DNA of 63,371 bases, counting the filler, from Octopus bimaculoides (taxonomy: Eukaryota), in assembly GCF_001194135.2 (NCBI RefSeq). It is 10 parts of 8 records of this genome, joined end to end, with 100 filler letters (N's around TTAATTAATTAA, not from the genome) between each part and the next. Parts side by side here need not be neighbours in the genome. Positions count along the whole stretch, not along the records: positions 57,655 to 62,089 come from NC_068985.1; positions 62,190 to 63,371 come from NW_026363131.1; 8 more parts are not named here. One strand, given 5' to 3'. The position numbers and the translations under genes are program-made. The notes under the pieces were generated by a model. It did no database searches, was not told where the DNA came from, and worked only from the letters and a program-made list of their open reading frames with translations. Of this stretch, positions 61,807 to 63,371 are shown in pieces (position 1 is the first letter of the stretch; the number at the start of each line of letters is the position of its first letter).

Positions 61807-62836
61807 TCTTCAGACACTTGTTGTTTGTATGAAAGAACAGATGTTTAAGTGTGTGTAGGTGTCACTTGTATTCTTGACGTTAGTACAACAACAACAATAA
61901 CAACGACAACAACAACAGCAACAACTGCCCACCTCGGAGGAAATTTGGTGTTGCTGCTATTGTAGTTATTAGCGCTTGTCTTAGTTGTCAGCGCGGTGGT
62001 GGTGGTGGTGGTCGTCGTCGTCGTCATTTATGCTGAGGATGATGATGGTGATGGTGATGATGATGGTGGTGGTGGTGGTGGTGGTGGTGNNNNNNNNNNN
62101 NNNNNNNNNNNNNNNNNNNNNNNNNNNNNNNNNTTAATTAATTAANNNNNNNNNNNNNNNNNNNNNNNNNNNNNNNNNNNNNNNNNNNNATAGATAAATA
62201 GATAGATAGATAAATAGATAGATGGATGGATGGATGGATAGATAGATAGATAGGTAAATGGATGGATGGATGGATAGATAGATAGATAGGTAAATGGATA
62301 GATAGATAAATAGATAGATGGATGGATAGATGGATAGATAAATGGATAGGAAGATAGATAGATAGATAGATAGATAGATAAACATCTTGATGCCTATGTA
62401 TATATTTATGTATATATTTATGTATATATTTGATTCAAAGTGTGACAAAGTATCTGCTAAACAGCTTAGGAAACTACATGGTTGTTCAACCTGCTAAAAA
62501 TAGCATCTAAGTCTCCCTCAACTTGAAAAGGGAAGGTCACATTGGATAAATAACCCTAGGTACCTGTAAAACAACCTAACAGACATGACTGGAGTGTCCT
62601 TGATTAAACGTCTATTCAGTTCTGGCAGCCCCAGGGCCAAATGACCAAACAACACTGTTGTGCCATATGCACCATCTGTGTGTATATATGTATGTATGTA
62701 GAGAGAGAGAGAGAGAGAGATTGTACTACAATATCATACATGCAGTGATAGGCAGAGAGATAGACAGACAGATACATTATGACTGAAAGGCTCTGATTTC
62801 TAGTATTTAGAGTTGCATGTTTCCTATTATCAGCTG

Positions 62837-63175
62837 GAAGGCGCCTAGCCTAGTGGTTAAAATGTTGCACTCCTGATCGTTAGATCGTGGGTTCGATTCC
62901 AGGACTGGCTGGCATGTTCTGATTTTGAGCGAAAAACACTTGTGAAGGTGCATGGCTTAGAGGTTAGGGTGTTGGACTTATGATCATTAAAATTATGGTT
63001 TCGATTCCTGGATCGGTCGATGCATTGTGTCTTTGAGCAAANNNNNNNNNNCATTTCATGTTGGTCCAGTCCACTCATCTGGCAAAAATGAGTAATCCTG
63101 CAAAGGATTAGTGTCCCGTCCAGGTGGGGAATATATACGCCTTGCAAACTGGGAAACCAGCCCTTATGACTCAAG
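62837..63175 (+). mobile_element. SINE with two tandem tRNA-like heads (62837, 62944), core C and tail X
   Basis: GAAGGCGCCTAGCCTAGTGGTT..GGTTCGATTCC..TTGAGCGAAAAACAC, then GAAGGTGCATGGCTTAGAGGTT..GGTTTCGATTCC..TTGAGCAA..GGCAAAAATGAGTAATCCTGC..GTCCCGTCCAGGTGGGG. Confidence 0.8.
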
Positions 63176-63371
63176 AAGGAAGGAAACTTATCATCAGTTG
63201 GTAAACAGAGCCTGGTTTTCCAAGAGTATCCACTGTCTGAATATTTTTTTAAATACAAAAGGCAAGTTTGAAAAAACGCTTAACCTTATGTTCTTATAGA
63301 TAGATATACTTTGTACTACTGTATGTATATATGTTGCCAGTGCCCCTGGACTGGCTTGTGCGGGTGGCACA

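Overview
This is an AT-rich, repeat-dominated eukaryotic draft-scaffold window with many N gaps, nine of them 100-bp placeholders containing TTAATTAATTAA. The SINE and LINE families look like octopus (cephalopod) repeats; that attribution is recognition from memory, not a database result. Most ORFs in the supplied track are microsatellite, gap or transposon artefacts. Supported content: (1) many tRNA-derived SINEs built from shuffled head and tail modules; (2) decayed RTE, R4/Dong and Penelope retroelements; (3) mariner, Tc1, pogo-like, piggyBac-type and Helitron-like DNA elements, including a full-length 1292-bp mariner relic; (4) a few host exons on the + strand. The host exons are one clear GH18 chitinase-like exon (49879-49998) and two phase-compatible exons (18763-18877 and 25527-25623) that join into a protein-kinase C-lobe end followed by AATAAA. 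A candidate promoter/first exon lies near 27930-27970. The most notable observations are several minimal type I hammerhead-ribozyme-like motifs in short microsatellite-flanked elements (all degenerate), a duplicated hairpin-rich segment that may be a structured ncRNA, R4/Dong copies tied to (TACA)n repeats, a triple-nested LINE>SINE>MITE insertion with both TSDs visible, and combinatorial SINE module swapping. All alignments were done by eye and need computational confirmation.
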